Below are positions 27,101-37,328 of a DNA stretch of 64,000 nt, one piece after another. The notes below the pieces were generated by a model. It was not told the origin of the DNA. It worked only from the letters and a program-made list of their open reading frames with translations, and did no database searches. Position 1 is the stretch's first letter, and every line of letters starts with the position of its first letter. The position numbers and the translations under genes are program-made. The DNA lies in the IMG/VR virus record IMGVR_UViG_3300033121_002101, positions 1 through 64,000 of that record; one strand, written 5' to 3'. The DNA is from a virus (Duplodnaviria > Caudoviricetes).

Positions 27101-27357
27101 AATTACCATGCGTGTGGCATTATTCATGGGCAGATATCCCAAGAAAAATAAGAAATTTTAGAGATTTTTGGGATACGTGCTGGTCAAATCTTTACAGAAG
27201 GCCTCTCAAAAAGAGATTCCCAGATGTTGTAACAGATGAAGATATAGTGAAGAAAGCAAATGAAGTTAAGCTTCGTGGTGGTGAACATCAACAATCTGTT
27301 GTAATTGAACTTGAAAAATGTGCGCCAGCAATTATGGACGGTTGGATAGGACAGTAA
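24190..27357 (+). CDS. Three-domain glycosyltransferase: GT4 + GT9 + GT2
   Basis: GT4: SGYGVHAR..EGFGLPMLEA. GT9: SGGDV..ST..IDSIVMHLAA..LFG with a Cys cluster. GT2: VVVDGGSTDGT..QDCDE. Confidence 0.88.
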   Translation: MEILVSNRTVHFFGPVLTASGYGVHARQVLKALVDSQYDVYVEAVRWGETPQIDNREVEWIKPLIEKWKENPGAKRDISVQVTIPNEFKRCARLNIGVTAGIEVDRVSPSWLQKVNDEVDLLIVPSKHSAETFKNTKYKSNDGNILALNVPVIVVPESVPEEFVADRSLKFSRLDDSLPSSNLLVVGLGLDRAMGEDRKNISNTIFWFLKEFAGREDVGLVLKVSMINNTLLDREAITNRIKSIREASGVGKYPKITLLHGMMSTPEMCLLYNDKRIKGLISLTHGEGFGLPMLEALACGLPVAATSWSGHLDFLLNDFVPIQYKVEKIPQSFVWPGVVEQDSQWASVDETSARLAMKTLIEDDGTLAEKAMSASERVRISNSQYSLCSSFKDILADAWKQVVRLRPETREETVAVLRDNFTRKQHEETLIFTMPMSGGDVYLSTGVLNAVLSKIENENGGIRPYVFFATKQQYRSILDDNTDIDEIIEWQPWMQDVGLLEDTFTHVYTPNLPIQMVWSNWVHRGKGRNILDEMAVHCNLQPNHWNKPRISLVPINGIKEDCFNVVIHTGSGHGQWGARRYNNWQDVVDNIKRLWDESFYGKNVKLSIYQVGLPDEPELKNVIDMRGRTPLYGQLAYVVSKADVVVSIDSIVMHLAAHNNIMHVSLFGGSYSKSTGAVSKAAKQCLIETDDRNGCERACYKNECSVDKENPCINNISPINVVESFFNVAATKTKDTDVAQKVKSEFKFRTPTISGYTHTFNAKKNGYPFVQSIKSMLGFCSEVVVVDGGSTDGTIDDLKEINDPKLKVIHNAWDDSEPGMDGMQKAFGRMFCDPSSEFLWQQDCDEIVHESDYEKIISIAKMFPPNVDLIHLPVVELWGDDKHFRTDRHAWKWRMSRNVFNVTHGIVDHARLTGDDGRTYAKEGMSDGCEYIDMLTGKYVPHVGFWNERLEKLRVNDPVSYGKEMNLLFDKLPCVWHYSWADIPRKIRNFRDFWDTCWSNLYRRPLKKRFPDVVTDEDIVKKANEVKLRGGEHQQSVVIELEKCAPAIMDGWIGQ

Positions 27358-27360
27358 ATT

Positions 27361-28119
27361 ATGAAAGCAGCTGACATATTCATGACAACGCTTCCAGGTA
27401 GAAGCGATCTTACGTATAGATCTATTATGTCTTTGTGCGAAAACACAAAAATGTCAGATGTTAGATTTTCTGTTTATATTGACGGCCTAGGTCATTCAAA
27501 AGAAGTAATTTCTTTAATAGAAAACGTAGCAGATCATATTATAATTTCTAAAGAAAGACAAGGCTTACCACAAGCTATTAACAGAACGCTTTCTTACATA
27601 TCTGCAACAAATGATTACTTTTCATCAGTTGGAGCAGCAGATAATTCAGAAGTCTCACCGTTTATTTGCATGGTCCAAGATGATCTTGAATATACAAATT
27701 CATGGCTGAATACTATAATTTCTCGTTTTACAATATACGAGAAGAAATTTAATCTAAAATTCGCATCTGGTGTAGAATGTATAGAGCACCCAATATCTGC
27801 AGACATCGGTAATGGTTGCATTCTAAAAAAATACATAAGAGCTGCAAATATGTTTGCCAGAAGAGAGTATTGGCTGTCAATGTTTCCAATACCACGTTTT
27901 GACCCAGAAACAAGATCTATAAGGGCATTCCCAAGTAATGGAATTGGATCGGGTGTTGATTGGTGGTTTATAAGAAACCATCAGAATTCTGTAGTAAAAA
28001 CGAATTCTGAATGTCTTGTTATTCCTGGCCTTTTGAGACACATTGGGTATGCAAATTCAACATGGCTTGATAGAGAATTGCCAGAATCTGACAATGATAA
28101 GAAAGCGATGTCAAAGTGA
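27361..28119 (+). CDS. GT2-like glycosyltransferase
   Basis: R..LT...I.SL, G...AIN, MVQDD (DxD-like) and HIG. Confidence 0.75.
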   Translation: MKAADIFMTTLPGRSDLTYRSIMSLCENTKMSDVRFSVYIDGLGHSKEVISLIENVADHIIISKERQGLPQAINRTLSYISATNDYFSSVGAADNSEVSPFICMVQDDLEYTNSWLNTIISRFTIYEKKFNLKFASGVECIEHPISADIGNGCILKKYIRAANMFARREYWLSMFPIPRFDPETRSIRAFPSNGIGSGVDWWFIRNHQNSVVKTNSECLVIPGLLRHIGYANSTWLDRELPESDNDKKAMSK

Positions 28120-29162
28120 AAAGAGTGCATACAGTATCATTTACGGGTATTTCAGCGCCAGGCGGCGTACCTAGATTTAATAGGTATTTGCATAAAATAC
28201 TTTCAAAAGAAGGTTTTGATGTACAGCATTGGTGTTGGGATGACGTTAAAAGCTTATCCGCATCTGTAAATGCTATGTTATATGATGAATATAGTATAGC
28301 ATTAGAAACAGGTTCAATTCTCGCAAGAATGAATCTTGTGAAAAAAGATGACATAATAATTGGTGATGGCTTTTGGTGTCATGCATTCACGATGCTTGGC
28401 TTCAAGAATGTAATATCTGTTGCTCATGGAATATGGGGACATGTTACAAAAACAGATATAGATAAAGGTGTTAAGATTGAAAATCACGCGCTTGATTGCA
28501 TGCAAAGAGATCACAGATTAATACACAATAAAAGAAAATTGCCAATTGTAGCCGTTTCTCAGTTTATTCATGATGAAATGAATAAGCAGAATGGAATAGA
28601 GTCTATTGTAATAAACAATGCAATAGATGAATCTGAAATAAAAAAAGTTGATGAAGATGCTGTTTCTACATTTGAATTTTATGTTTTACATGGGATAAAT
28701 GACATATTAAACAAAAACAAAGGCTGGGATCACATCAGTTGTCTTATGCAGAGCAAAAGTAATATTGCATCAAGCATAATGTCATTAGATAAACTGTTTC
28801 AAATTTATAAACATAGAGGGTGTGAAACAAAAATGGAAGCTATGCAGCTTGCAAGTGTTGCAATAGCACCAAGTGGCTTTGAGGGAAATTCATACTTCAT
28901 GCTTGAATTGTTGATGTGTGGTGTTCCAGTTATATGTTATGATGTTGGCTTACCATATGAAATCAAACAAAAAGGTTTAGAAGAAAAAGTTGGCATAATT
29001 TTAGATAGAAATGAAAGATCACCAGAGTTAACAGTTGATGCATTTGATAGATTTTTTGATTCGAAAGATTTATCAAAAATAGACACAAGAAGTGTTGCAA
29101 ATGAACTTGCTAGTTTTGATAAATTTAAAGATTCGTGGATTTCGCTTGTAAAAAGCTTATGA
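28116..29162 (+). CDS. GT4-like glycosyltransferase
   Basis: GGVPRF, AVSQF, INNAID and PSGFEGNSYFMLE. Confidence 0.82.
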   Translation: MKRVHTVSFTGISAPGGVPRFNRYLHKILSKEGFDVQHWCWDDVKSLSASVNAMLYDEYSIALETGSILARMNLVKKDDIIIGDGFWCHAFTMLGFKNVISVAHGIWGHVTKTDIDKGVKIENHALDCMQRDHRLIHNKRKLPIVAVSQFIHDEMNKQNGIESIVINNAIDESEIKKVDEDAVSTFEFYVLHGINDILNKNKGWDHISCLMQSKSNIASSIMSLDKLFQIYKHRGCETKMEAMQLASVAIAPSGFEGNSYFMLELLMCGVPVICYDVGLPYEIKQKGLEEKVGIILDRNERSPELTVDAFDRFFDSKDLSKIDTRSVANELASFDKFKDSWISLVKSL

Positions 29163-29821
29163 TAATAAAAGAGCCTTTAAGAATTAGAGTTGATGATTTC
29201 CCATGCACAAAACTAAATGAATGGGAATCCGGCCAGCATTCAATTGAAAAATTTAAAGAATTTGACTCTATAATACCAGTTAAATATCTTCTTGGTGTCA
29301 TACCGATTAATTGCGAAAAAGTAGGACATTGGCCAGTATCTGAAAAAGCCGTGTATGGACTGCACGGTTTTTGGCACGATGAATCAAGAATAAATGAATT
29401 TAAAGGTTATGGTCAAAATGACATAGCTTCATATCTTATTTCAGGCATTGAAAAGATTGAAAAAAATACTAGACAAAAACCGTCTGTGTATATGCCACCG
29501 CATAATGATATAGATTTTCAAACGCTAAATGCTTGTAAATCTATTGGCATCAATACAATAACATGTGGGCCAGGAACTCATTTTACTGTATACCCTCTTT
29601 GTAATCATCTTTCAATAAAACCTCTCACAAGTAGACCTCCTGTTATGTACGGAAGAACAGATGAGATACTACAGATACTAGACAGTTCTACGGGAGAGTT
29701 TGACCCATATGAATTTGGTGGTATAATCACGTTACACTGGACATGGGAAAACAATATAGGTTTTTCTTATCTAAAAGAATTCATGAATAGAATTTCAGAT
29801 AGGTTGGTTGATTTTGAATAA
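29135..29821 (+). CDS. Polysaccharide deacetylase-like (DUF2334/NodB fold)
   Basis: RVDD, LGVIP, LHGFWH, YMPPHN and TLHW. Confidence 0.8.
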   Translation: MDFACKKLMIIKEPLRIRVDDFPCTKLNEWESGQHSIEKFKEFDSIIPVKYLLGVIPINCEKVGHWPVSEKAVYGLHGFWHDESRINEFKGYGQNDIASYLISGIEKIEKNTRQKPSVYMPPHNDIDFQTLNACKSIGINTITCGPGTHFTVYPLCNHLSIKPLTSRPPVMYGRTDEILQILDSSTGEFDPYEFGGIITLHWTWENNIGFSYLKEFMNRISDRLVDFE

Positions 29822-29860
29822 AAAAGTTCATTTTATAGACAAGTATTTTGTATACTTTTT

Positions 29861-30925
29861 TTGTTTTATCATTTTAATGTTGTTAAGCTTTATCGGATTG
29901 CAGTGCCAATGACTAGCATGAATTATCTTTTTATTGATATGAGAGATGGCGGTGATTGGTCTCTTGATTTAATGTTTGCCGGTTTTGTTAAACTACTTGG
30001 ACCAAACAATGTTTTTGATTTTCCAATTAAGAAAAAGCATAGAGAGTGGACTAGAGATTCTAAACCAGACTGGGGATTAGAGAGAAGAACACTTGGATAT
30101 ACTGAACACAATCACCTTATAAATTTTTCAATTGAAAAACTTTTTGATCTAGTAAAACAAAAAAATCTTACTGTTGTTTTAGATGAAAGAATAGAAAGTT
30201 TTACATCTTATAAAAATGCTGGGCTTTATGGATTAAAAATTCCAGTAATAGTAGTCGCTGGACATGATGAATTTTGGTTGCAGGGCGGAATTCCAAAATT
30301 AAAAGAAATGTACGGAGAAAGATTGCTTCATACATTCATAGACAATGTAATATCAGATGATCAGCTTGTTGATGGCGTTTCTTTGATAAATTTATCAGCA
30401 AATTTTGCTCATTATTGGGAAAAACCAGACATTGTAGAAAAAGAAACAGATATTTGTTTTTTTGGTTCAATGTCAAGTAAAGACAGAGTTAGGTTTGTTA
30501 ATCACGTTCTGAAAAATTATTCTCACTTGAATCTTGATATATTTTTAGATAATGGCAGAAACGGAACAGACTGTTTTTTGTCAAAAGCAGAGTATTTTTC
30601 AAGAATGGCAAAATCAAAGATATGCCTAAACATAGGTGGAGCTGCATATGGTAGAGCATTTAGATTCTATGAGATACCATGGTCTGGTTCATTCATGTTA
30701 TCTCAAAGCTTCGAAGCAAAACAGCTAAATCCATTTATCGATGGAGAACACTGTTGCTATTTTTCAGATGAGCAAAAGCTTGATGAACTAATAACTAAAA
30801 TGCTTTCAAACGACTTTGAAAGAGAAAAAATAGCAAAACAAGGAAGAGAATTCTTGATAGACTTTCATTCTTGCGAATCTCGCGCAAAATATGTTTTAGA
30901 CACTGTTGGAGCAAAAAATGGATAA
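29861..30925 (+). CDS. CgeB/GT-B family glycosyltransferase
   Basis: DICFFGS, SKICLN, RFYEI, F.DGEH and IAKQG..H....R. Confidence 0.82.
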   Translation: MFYHFNVVKLYRIAVPMTSMNYLFIDMRDGGDWSLDLMFAGFVKLLGPNNVFDFPIKKKHREWTRDSKPDWGLERRTLGYTEHNHLINFSIEKLFDLVKQKNLTVVLDERIESFTSYKNAGLYGLKIPVIVVAGHDEFWLQGGIPKLKEMYGERLLHTFIDNVISDDQLVDGVSLINLSANFAHYWEKPDIVEKETDICFFGSMSSKDRVRFVNHVLKNYSHLNLDIFLDNGRNGTDCFLSKAEYFSRMAKSKICLNIGGAAYGRAFRFYEIPWSGSFMLSQSFEAKQLNPFIDGEHCCYFSDEQKLDELITKMLSNDFEREKIAKQGREFLIDFHSCESRAKYVLDTVGAKNG

Positions 30926-31667
30926 AGAAGATCTGTATTACGCATTATCTGAACGTAAACAAGAAGATAGACATTTACTTCCGTATAACGGTGGAAATGG
31001 TAGAATTGACAGATTTCTAGACCTTGTTAGAAACAATCATGCACCAAGGGGTGGTGATGTTTTAGACGTTGGTGGATCACATGGTGATTTGCTTGAACTT
31101 GCGACAAGAGAGAAACTCTTTGATAACGGGTGTGTTTTAGACATATCTGAAATTGCAGTTAAAACAGCAAAAGCTCGTGGGCTTGTTGCATATAAAGATG
31201 ACATAGATAAAAATGGATTTGAGCAAATAAGAGGTGACAAAGACTATAAAGGATTTAATGCAATTGTTGCACTTGATGTAATAGAACATTTAATAGATCC
31301 AATTGGCTTTGCAAAAGAATGCTTTAAAGCCCTTAATCATAATGGCTATGTTTTCATAAATACGCCAAACATTTCTTACTGGAGACACTTGCAAGAGCTT
31401 GTAATCGGCGGAAGGTTTCCACATACATCTGGAGACAAAGACGTTTATCATGGTGGGCATCTTGCGTTTTACAACGAAAATGACTTAATTGACATATTCT
31501 CATCTGTTGGCTTTTTAAAGCATCAAATGAAAGTTTTCTCTGTAGATTCTGGTGAACAAGTACCACACATATGGATGAATCTATTAAGTGGCGAAAAAGA
31601 TCAATCTAAAAAAGTTAGAATGTTAAGTCAACCAGATTTACTTTTCATGTGCAAGAAGGCAATTTGA
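30906..31667 (+). CDS. Class I SAM methyltransferase
   Basis: VLDVGGSHG, LDIS, DVIEHL and INTPN. Confidence 0.88.
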   Translation: MEQKMDKEDLYYALSERKQEDRHLLPYNGGNGRIDRFLDLVRNNHAPRGGDVLDVGGSHGDLLELATREKLFDNGCVLDISEIAVKTAKARGLVAYKDDIDKNGFEQIRGDKDYKGFNAIVALDVIEHLIDPIGFAKECFKALNHNGYVFINTPNISYWRHLQELVIGGRFPHTSGDKDVYHGGHLAFYNENDLIDIFSSVGFLKHQMKVFSVDSGEQVPHIWMNLLSGEKDQSKKVRMLSQPDLLFMCKKAI

Positions 31668-32557
31668 ATATACTATTTGGGCGTGTATTTGGTATAGGTA
31701 ACGCAGTTATGTCAATACCTGCCATAAAGCACTACCGTGACAATGGTGGGCACAACTTAACCGTGTTGGTAGGTACTACCAATGACGATTATGGGTCATA
31801 CGACATACTACGGATGATAAGTGGAATAAGGGTTTTAACAGATAAAGAGCTTATTGAAAAACCAGAGCGTTTTGACGTAGGCGTATTATCAATTCCGCAT
31901 GATGGAAGATGGATTTCACTTTTCAGTAGCATATGTGATTCTGTCGTAGACGGTAGAACTAGACCAGACCCTACGACTTTTGGGTTTTCATCATGGAAAA
32001 AGCACGAAGCTTTGTACCAACTAGAAGTAGCAGAAAACATCACAAACACCAAATCAGAAAAAGTAGATTCCTCTTTCTTCGAGTCTAGTGAAATACCATG
32101 CGAAAACAGTGTGTTTTTAGGTGTTGGATACAAAAGAGATTCTGCGAATTTTTGGAATGTAAAACACTGGGGTGATGAAAACTTTTTTAGATTCGCGCAA
32201 CTAGTTTTGTCTGAAAATGAAAATACAAAAATTGTTTTGACTGGAAACAGTTTGGACATTCAAAATGCCGGAAGACTTGTTGCAATGCTTGGTAGTAGGG
32301 TTACAATCGCAACTGGGATTAGAAAAAGCATAGAGCTATTATGGAAATGCGGTTCGTATGTTGGTAATGACACTGGCATGATGCATGTTGCTGCAAGCAT
32401 GAATAAGAAAGTTATTGGAATTTTTAACTTGGAAGGAACTGAAACAAAGAATCCTCCATTGTGTGACGTTAATAAAGTTATATTAGGATATCATCCACAT
32501 AGCAATCCTAGTGCAAAATTTGTGTATGATACATGGAAGGAGCTTATTACAAAATGA
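31649..32557 (+). CDS. GT9 heptosyltransferase-like (WaaC/WaaF fold)
   Basis: GIGNAVMSIPAI, KHWG..NF and VGNDTGMMHVAA. Confidence 0.88.
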   Translation: MQEGNLNILFGRVFGIGNAVMSIPAIKHYRDNGGHNLTVLVGTTNDDYGSYDILRMISGIRVLTDKELIEKPERFDVGVLSIPHDGRWISLFSSICDSVVDGRTRPDPTTFGFSSWKKHEALYQLEVAENITNTKSEKVDSSFFESSEIPCENSVFLGVGYKRDSANFWNVKHWGDENFFRFAQLVLSENENTKIVLTGNSLDIQNAGRLVAMLGSRVTIATGIRKSIELLWKCGSYVGNDTGMMHVAASMNKKVIGIFNLEGTETKNPPLCDVNKVILGYHPHSNPSAKFVYDTWKELITK

Positions 32558-33519
32558 ATATTCTTTTAACTGGTGCGTTTGGCTTTATAGGCAGAGAAAT
32601 AGCAAAAGAGCTGACAAACGCAAAAATAAGGTTTGACGTTTGTGATACAGGGCAAAGCATTTCTAAAAATTATAGATATATGCCGCTTGGGTATACATTG
32701 ATTTATGATACTGTTGTTGGTAGCATACCAAACAATATCTTAAGAGAATATGATTGTATAATTCATTGCGGTGCAATTTCAAATTCAAGAGAAAATAATT
32801 TTGATCTTTTATGGGATGCGAATTATAATGAAGTTGGAAGATTGCTTTCTTCTATGAAGCACAATGCAAAACTTATTTTCTTTTCATCTGCTTCAGTATA
32901 TGGAGACACAAAGTTACCAAATCAAGATTATCCAGTAACATGTGCAGAATCAAAAATTTTTGATCCTCAAACAAAGTATGCATTCTCTAAACTGTCTGCT
33001 GAAAAATTGATACTATTAAACAGCGATCTTGATCAGAATGCTGTAATATTGAGACCATTTAACGTTTATGGCCCTGGCGAGTTTACAAAACAAGATATAA
33101 CGCAATCTATTGTTTATAAACTTTGTGCGTATAAACAACATTTAGATGCTTCTAAAACTGCAAGAGATAAAATAAAATTGCATTCTTTAGATTCTTCAAG
33201 AGATTATGTTAGTGTCAAAGTTGTTTCTAATCTAGTTTTAGATCTGATTAACAAATGGCCAAATAATCAACTCCTTAGTTCTAGGACAATAAACGTAGGA
33301 TCATGCGAAAAAACTTCTTTATACACTCTTACACATTTTGTTGGATTAACAAGAGATGAATATTTCGAAGTTCAAAATCCGTGGGGTAAAGACTATCAAA
33401 GTTGTACAGAAGCAAGTATAATGAATGATTATTATAGAGAACTCATATTAAAGCTTTCTAAAGAATTTAACCTCGTAGATGGAATTAAAGAAATAAAAGA
33501 AAGTATAAAAAATGCTTAA
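32533..33519 (+). CDS. ADP-L-glycero-D-manno-heptose-6-epimerase-like (HldD/GmhD)
   Basis: GAFGFIG, IHCGAISN..E, N.Y, SSASVYG, YAFSK, FNVYGPGE..K and RDYV. Gene context fits. Confidence 0.7.
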   Translation: MEGAYYKMNILLTGAFGFIGREIAKELTNAKIRFDVCDTGQSISKNYRYMPLGYTLIYDTVVGSIPNNILREYDCIIHCGAISNSRENNFDLLWDANYNEVGRLLSSMKHNAKLIFFSSASVYGDTKLPNQDYPVTCAESKIFDPQTKYAFSKLSAEKLILLNSDLDQNAVILRPFNVYGPGEFTKQDITQSIVYKLCAYKQHLDASKTARDKIKLHSLDSSRDYVSVKVVSNLVLDLINKWPNNQLLSSRTINVGSCEKTSLYTLTHFVGLTRDEYFEVQNPWGKDYQSCTEASIMNDYYRELILKLSKEFNLVDGIKEIKESIKNA

Positions 33520-33916
33520 TGTTTGTAACATTTACGATTATACACATGTTGAAAAGTCATGGGGATATGAACTATGGCTTGTAAACAATAATGAATATTG
33601 TGGGAAAGAGTTGTATTTTGATAAACCTGGTGCTCGTACATCGTTACATTACCATGTTGAAAAAAGAGAAACGATGTATTGTAGAAACGGTATATTTGTA
33701 ATTGCATTTCTAACAGAAGATGGTCAATTAGATAAAGTAAAACTAGAGCCTAGACAATCAGTTGAAATACCAAGAGAGTGTGTACATTCCATAATATGCA
33801 TTAAGCCTGGTATGCTTATGGAATTTAGCACTACACATAAAGATGAAGATTCTTATAGAGTCAGCGGCGAAGGTTGGCTAAAAGCTGATTTAAAGAATTT
33901 CAACATAGAAATTTGA
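33512..33916 (+). CDS. Cupin (sugar-phosphate isomerase-like)
   Basis: VEKSWGYELW..YCGK, SLHYH..K.ET, H and EFSTTH..EDSYR. Confidence 0.85.
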   Translation: MLNVCNIYDYTHVEKSWGYELWLVNNNEYCGKELYFDKPGARTSLHYHVEKRETMYCRNGIFVIAFLTEDGQLDKVKLEPRQSVEIPRECVHSIICIKPGMLMEFSTTHKDEDSYRVSGEGWLKADLKNFNIEI

Positions 33917-33920
33917 TTTT

Positions 33921-34805
33921 ATGATAATAAACATAGTAGGACCTCACATAGTAAACAGCCCTTTTGCAACTGAACTTGCTTTCATAAAAGGACTTGTTGA
34001 AATTGGTCATAAAGTTGTACCATTTGACCCAAATGTAGAAAGTCCAGATGTTTTAGACAGAAATGCTGATTATACGCTAATTTTTAAAAATGCACTGTCA
34101 CACAATGATGTTGTATGTTCTTTAGGACCAAAAGTTGTAGTTTATCAGCCTGACGATTTAAGATTTTCGCATGTTAAAAACATGGTAAGTGAGATGCGAA
34201 AATATTCATCGAGATTAATAACTTTTAGAAAATACAAAGACAATTTTGGCTTTATTGACGGTCTTGAACTAACTCAGTTTGAAGAACTTGCAGTTACTGC
34301 AAATCCAGATGTTTACTACAAAAAAGATCTTGAGAAAGATATAGATTTTTGTTTTGTTGGATCACTTGGCGATCCAGCATCACATTGGCAGAGAATTAGA
34401 ATGATAGATCTTCTCAGCAAAAACGGCTATAATACATTTGCTTGTGAGACAAGAGATATAGAATTTATTAGAAATATATTGTCTAGATCTAAAGTTGTGT
34501 TAAACCACGCATCTGATTTGTCACTGCCGTTCGGTCAAGGATACGGATACCAGTGCAGACATTTTGAAGCAGCAATGGCTGAATGTTGTTTGCTTTCAAA
34601 TTCAATTTTAGATGATGAATATACAATAGAAAACTTTGTTCGCTTTGGTTCATTTAAAGATTTTTTTGAAAAAGCAATAATGTTAATTGATTCTGGTGAA
34701 GGATACAGAGCAAATATTGCTAAAAGTTTTAAAGAAGAAGTAATGGCAAACCATTCGCCTAAAATTAGAGCACAACAACTTGTTAATATATTGGAGAAAA
34801 TATGA
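33921..34805 (+). CDS. CgeB/GT-B family glycosyltransferase
   Basis: DFCFVGS, SKVVLN, RHFEA and NH....RA. Confidence 0.8.
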   Translation: MIINIVGPHIVNSPFATELAFIKGLVEIGHKVVPFDPNVESPDVLDRNADYTLIFKNALSHNDVVCSLGPKVVVYQPDDLRFSHVKNMVSEMRKYSSRLITFRKYKDNFGFIDGLELTQFEELAVTANPDVYYKKDLEKDIDFCFVGSLGDPASHWQRIRMIDLLSKNGYNTFACETRDIEFIRNILSRSKVVLNHASDLSLPFGQGYGYQCRHFEAAMAECCLLSNSILDDEYTIENFVRFGSFKDFFEKAIMLIDSGEGYRANIAKSFKEEVMANHSPKIRAQQLVNILEKI

Positions 34806-35356
34806 AGCTTAATTTAGGGTGTGGAGAAGACATTAAACAAGGTTACTTGAATGTTGATTTTAGAAAAACGCATCCTCTTGTATTTGAATGCGATCTTTCT
34901 AAATTTCCATGGCCGTGGAAGACTAATTCTGTTGAAACAGTCATGATGTTAGACTTTCTTGAACACTTTAAAATGTCAATGACTGATGTATTGATGTCAG
35001 AAGTTACTAGAATATTGGCGCCAAATGGCGAAGTTATAATACAAGTTCCTGATATGGATATTTTATCCAGTGCTGTATTATGTTTGCCCGCTGTTCCGTG
35101 TAATGTTTGCGGATCGCATTTTGGTTCTGAAGATGATTGCGCAGGTGGATGTTTGCAGACAAGAAGCGGCTTAGCAAAAGCAGCATTCGGAAGAATGTAT
35201 GGTGGCCAAGACTATAATGGCAATTATCACATGACGGGCTTTAATCATTTAACGATTGTAGAGCTGCTAAAAAAGCATGGCTTCAGAGGCTTTTCTTTTG
35301 TAGAAAAAGAACATCAATTTAAAAACTGGAATTTGAAAGTAAAAGCATCACTATGA
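34802..35356 (+). CDS. SAM methyltransferase (type 11)
   Basis: KLNLGCG, GYLNVD, FLEH, RIL.PNG and VPD. Confidence 0.88.
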   Translation: MKLNLGCGEDIKQGYLNVDFRKTHPLVFECDLSKFPWPWKTNSVETVMMLDFLEHFKMSMTDVLMSEVTRILAPNGEVIIQVPDMDILSSAVLCLPAVPCNVCGSHFGSEDDCAGGCLQTRSGLAKAAFGRMYGGQDYNGNYHMTGFNHLTIVELLKKHGFRGFSFVEKEHQFKNWNLKVKASL

Positions 35357-36411
35357 GTTGCAGTTTAGCGTTCGTTGGAATTAAAAAGAAATTTTCTTCA
35401 ATAGAAAATGAGCTGCAAATATCTGTTTCAGATTTTGTCAGATACCATTTAGAGCTTCCGTGGTATTATTCTTTTTATGGGAAAAATAAAGTTTTCATAA
35501 CAACAGTCGACCAAAAAGATCAATGTTTACTTCCAAATTCGTCTGTTGACGTTACACTTGTTAATGAAACAGATCTTTCAAAATGTGCAGTTGATGTTGT
35601 TATACATTGGAGATCGTGGCAACAGTGGGCATTTGATAGTTTACCAAATTCTTTACATCTACTTCAAACGCAAGATCATTCATTTTCAAATGAATGGATT
35701 AACAATGTAACAAAAGCTATTAGAGAAAAAGCACTTTCTCATATAATAGCTTTTGAAACATGGCATGCAAATAATACACATCTTGAAATACAATCAATTG
35801 AAAAGAATTTTGATCGCAGTTCTATTTTGACAAAGCTCCATCTTGGAGTAGATACTACAATTTACAAACCAAAAGAAAAAGACCCATATAAGCTTTTATG
35901 GGCATCAGATCCAGGAAGAGGTCTACAAAAATGTATAGAAGTATTTTCTATACTTTACAGATTAGATAAAAGGTATAAACTGCATGTTTTATGCCCTGAT
36001 TATGCTAGAAATCCATTTAGCGGAATAAATCATCCCGGAATTGTTACTCACAACAATATAAGAAATTCTCCAGAACTTTGGGATATGTTCAATACATCAA
36101 CATATATCCCATATACATCAACATTCATGGAGCCTTCATCTAGAGTGCACAGGCAAGGACAAGCAGCTGGATGTTGTGTTATATACCCTGAAAATATGGG
36201 GACGCCGTCTGAGCTTATAGTTCACGGTGTCAATGGTGTAATAATGAATGAATGTTCAAAACCATTTGATTGGGCAAATATGATATTATTATTAAATGGT
36301 GATAATTCAAAATCAATCGGAAAATCATCAAGAATGTTTGCATTGACAGAAGACTGGTCTGTGCAAGCTGTTAGATTTAACAATGTTTGTAGTGAGCTTT
36401 TAAACAAATGA
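35353..36411 (+). CDS. GT4-like glycosyltransferase
   Basis: GVD, LLWASDPGRGL, YTSTFMEP, QAAGC and ELIVHGVNG. Confidence 0.78.
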   Translation: MSCSLAFVGIKKKFSSIENELQISVSDFVRYHLELPWYYSFYGKNKVFITTVDQKDQCLLPNSSVDVTLVNETDLSKCAVDVVIHWRSWQQWAFDSLPNSLHLLQTQDHSFSNEWINNVTKAIREKALSHIIAFETWHANNTHLEIQSIEKNFDRSSILTKLHLGVDTTIYKPKEKDPYKLLWASDPGRGLQKCIEVFSILYRLDKRYKLHVLCPDYARNPFSGINHPGIVTHNNIRNSPELWDMFNTSTYIPYTSTFMEPSSRVHRQGQAAGCCVIYPENMGTPSELIVHGVNGVIMNECSKPFDWANMILLLNGDNSKSIGKSSRMFALTEDWSVQAVRFNNVCSELLNK

Positions 36412-37328
36412 CAAAATCAATAAATTCCCCAGATTTTAAAAAAAGTTTTATAGACGATAACCACGTAGTTGGATTAATTGGTTATGGTTATATTGGAAAA
36501 GCCGTTCATGCATTATTTGATGGCTTTTTTGATGTGAAAATATATGATGTTGCCAACAAGAATTTAGGTACGCTAGAAGATGTCGTTAAGAATTCTAGCG
36601 TTATTTTTGTTGCAGTACCAACACCAATGAATAAAGATGGATCATGTCATACAGATATTGTTGAGTCTGTACTGAAATCAATACAAGATACTGCAATTTC
36701 TATATCAAGAGATGTAGAAGAGTTCATTGTAGTAATAAAAAGCACTGTTCCACCTGGATTCACTGAAAGAATGTCTGAAAAGCATGCTTTAAGAATAGTT
36801 TTTTCACCTGAATTTTTAACTGAAAAGGACAGTATCGGTGATTTTAAATTTGCATCAAGATTAGTTTTGGGTGGTGCTGAAGAAGATTCTGAAATTGTTC
36901 GTAGTTTTTTTGTTGTTGCATGGTCTGATAGAATACAGGATGAACGCGACAGCGGTTTAGTATTTGTATTTTGTGACAGTACAACAGCAGAACTCGTCAA
37001 ATACTTTACGAATGTCTACTTGACTACGATTGTTATGTTTGCAAATGAGTTCTATAATGTTTGCAAAAACCTTGGTGTCGACTATGACACTGTAAAAGAA
37101 ATTGCTTTGCTTGATAGAAGAATTTCTCATTCGCATCTTAATGTTCCCGGTCACGACGGTAGTTTTGGATTCGGCGGCTCTTGTTTTCCAAAAGACATCA
37201 ACAGTTTAAAGCATATTTGCAATCAACTTGGAATAAATGAAAGATTGTTTTCAGCTATTATTGAAAGAAATAATGAGCTTAGACCGTCACGTGACTGGGA
37301 AGAGTTAAAGGGCAGAGCTGTTGTATGA
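36408..37328 (+). CDS. UDP-glucose/GDP-mannose 6-dehydrogenase family (short, lacks C-terminal domain)
   Basis: GYGYIG, VPTP, IKSTVPPG, PEFL, AELVKYFTN and GFGGSCFPKD. Confidence 0.9.
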   Translation: MTKSINSPDFKKSFIDDNHVVGLIGYGYIGKAVHALFDGFFDVKIYDVANKNLGTLEDVVKNSSVIFVAVPTPMNKDGSCHTDIVESVLKSIQDTAISISRDVEEFIVVIKSTVPPGFTERMSEKHALRIVFSPEFLTEKDSIGDFKFASRLVLGGAEEDSEIVRSFFVVAWSDRIQDERDSGLVFVFCDSTTAELVKYFTNVYLTTIVMFANEFYNVCKNLGVDYDTVKEIALLDRRISHSHLNVPGHDGSFGFGGSCFPKDINSLKHICNQLGINERLFSAIIERNNELRPSRDWEELKGRAVV

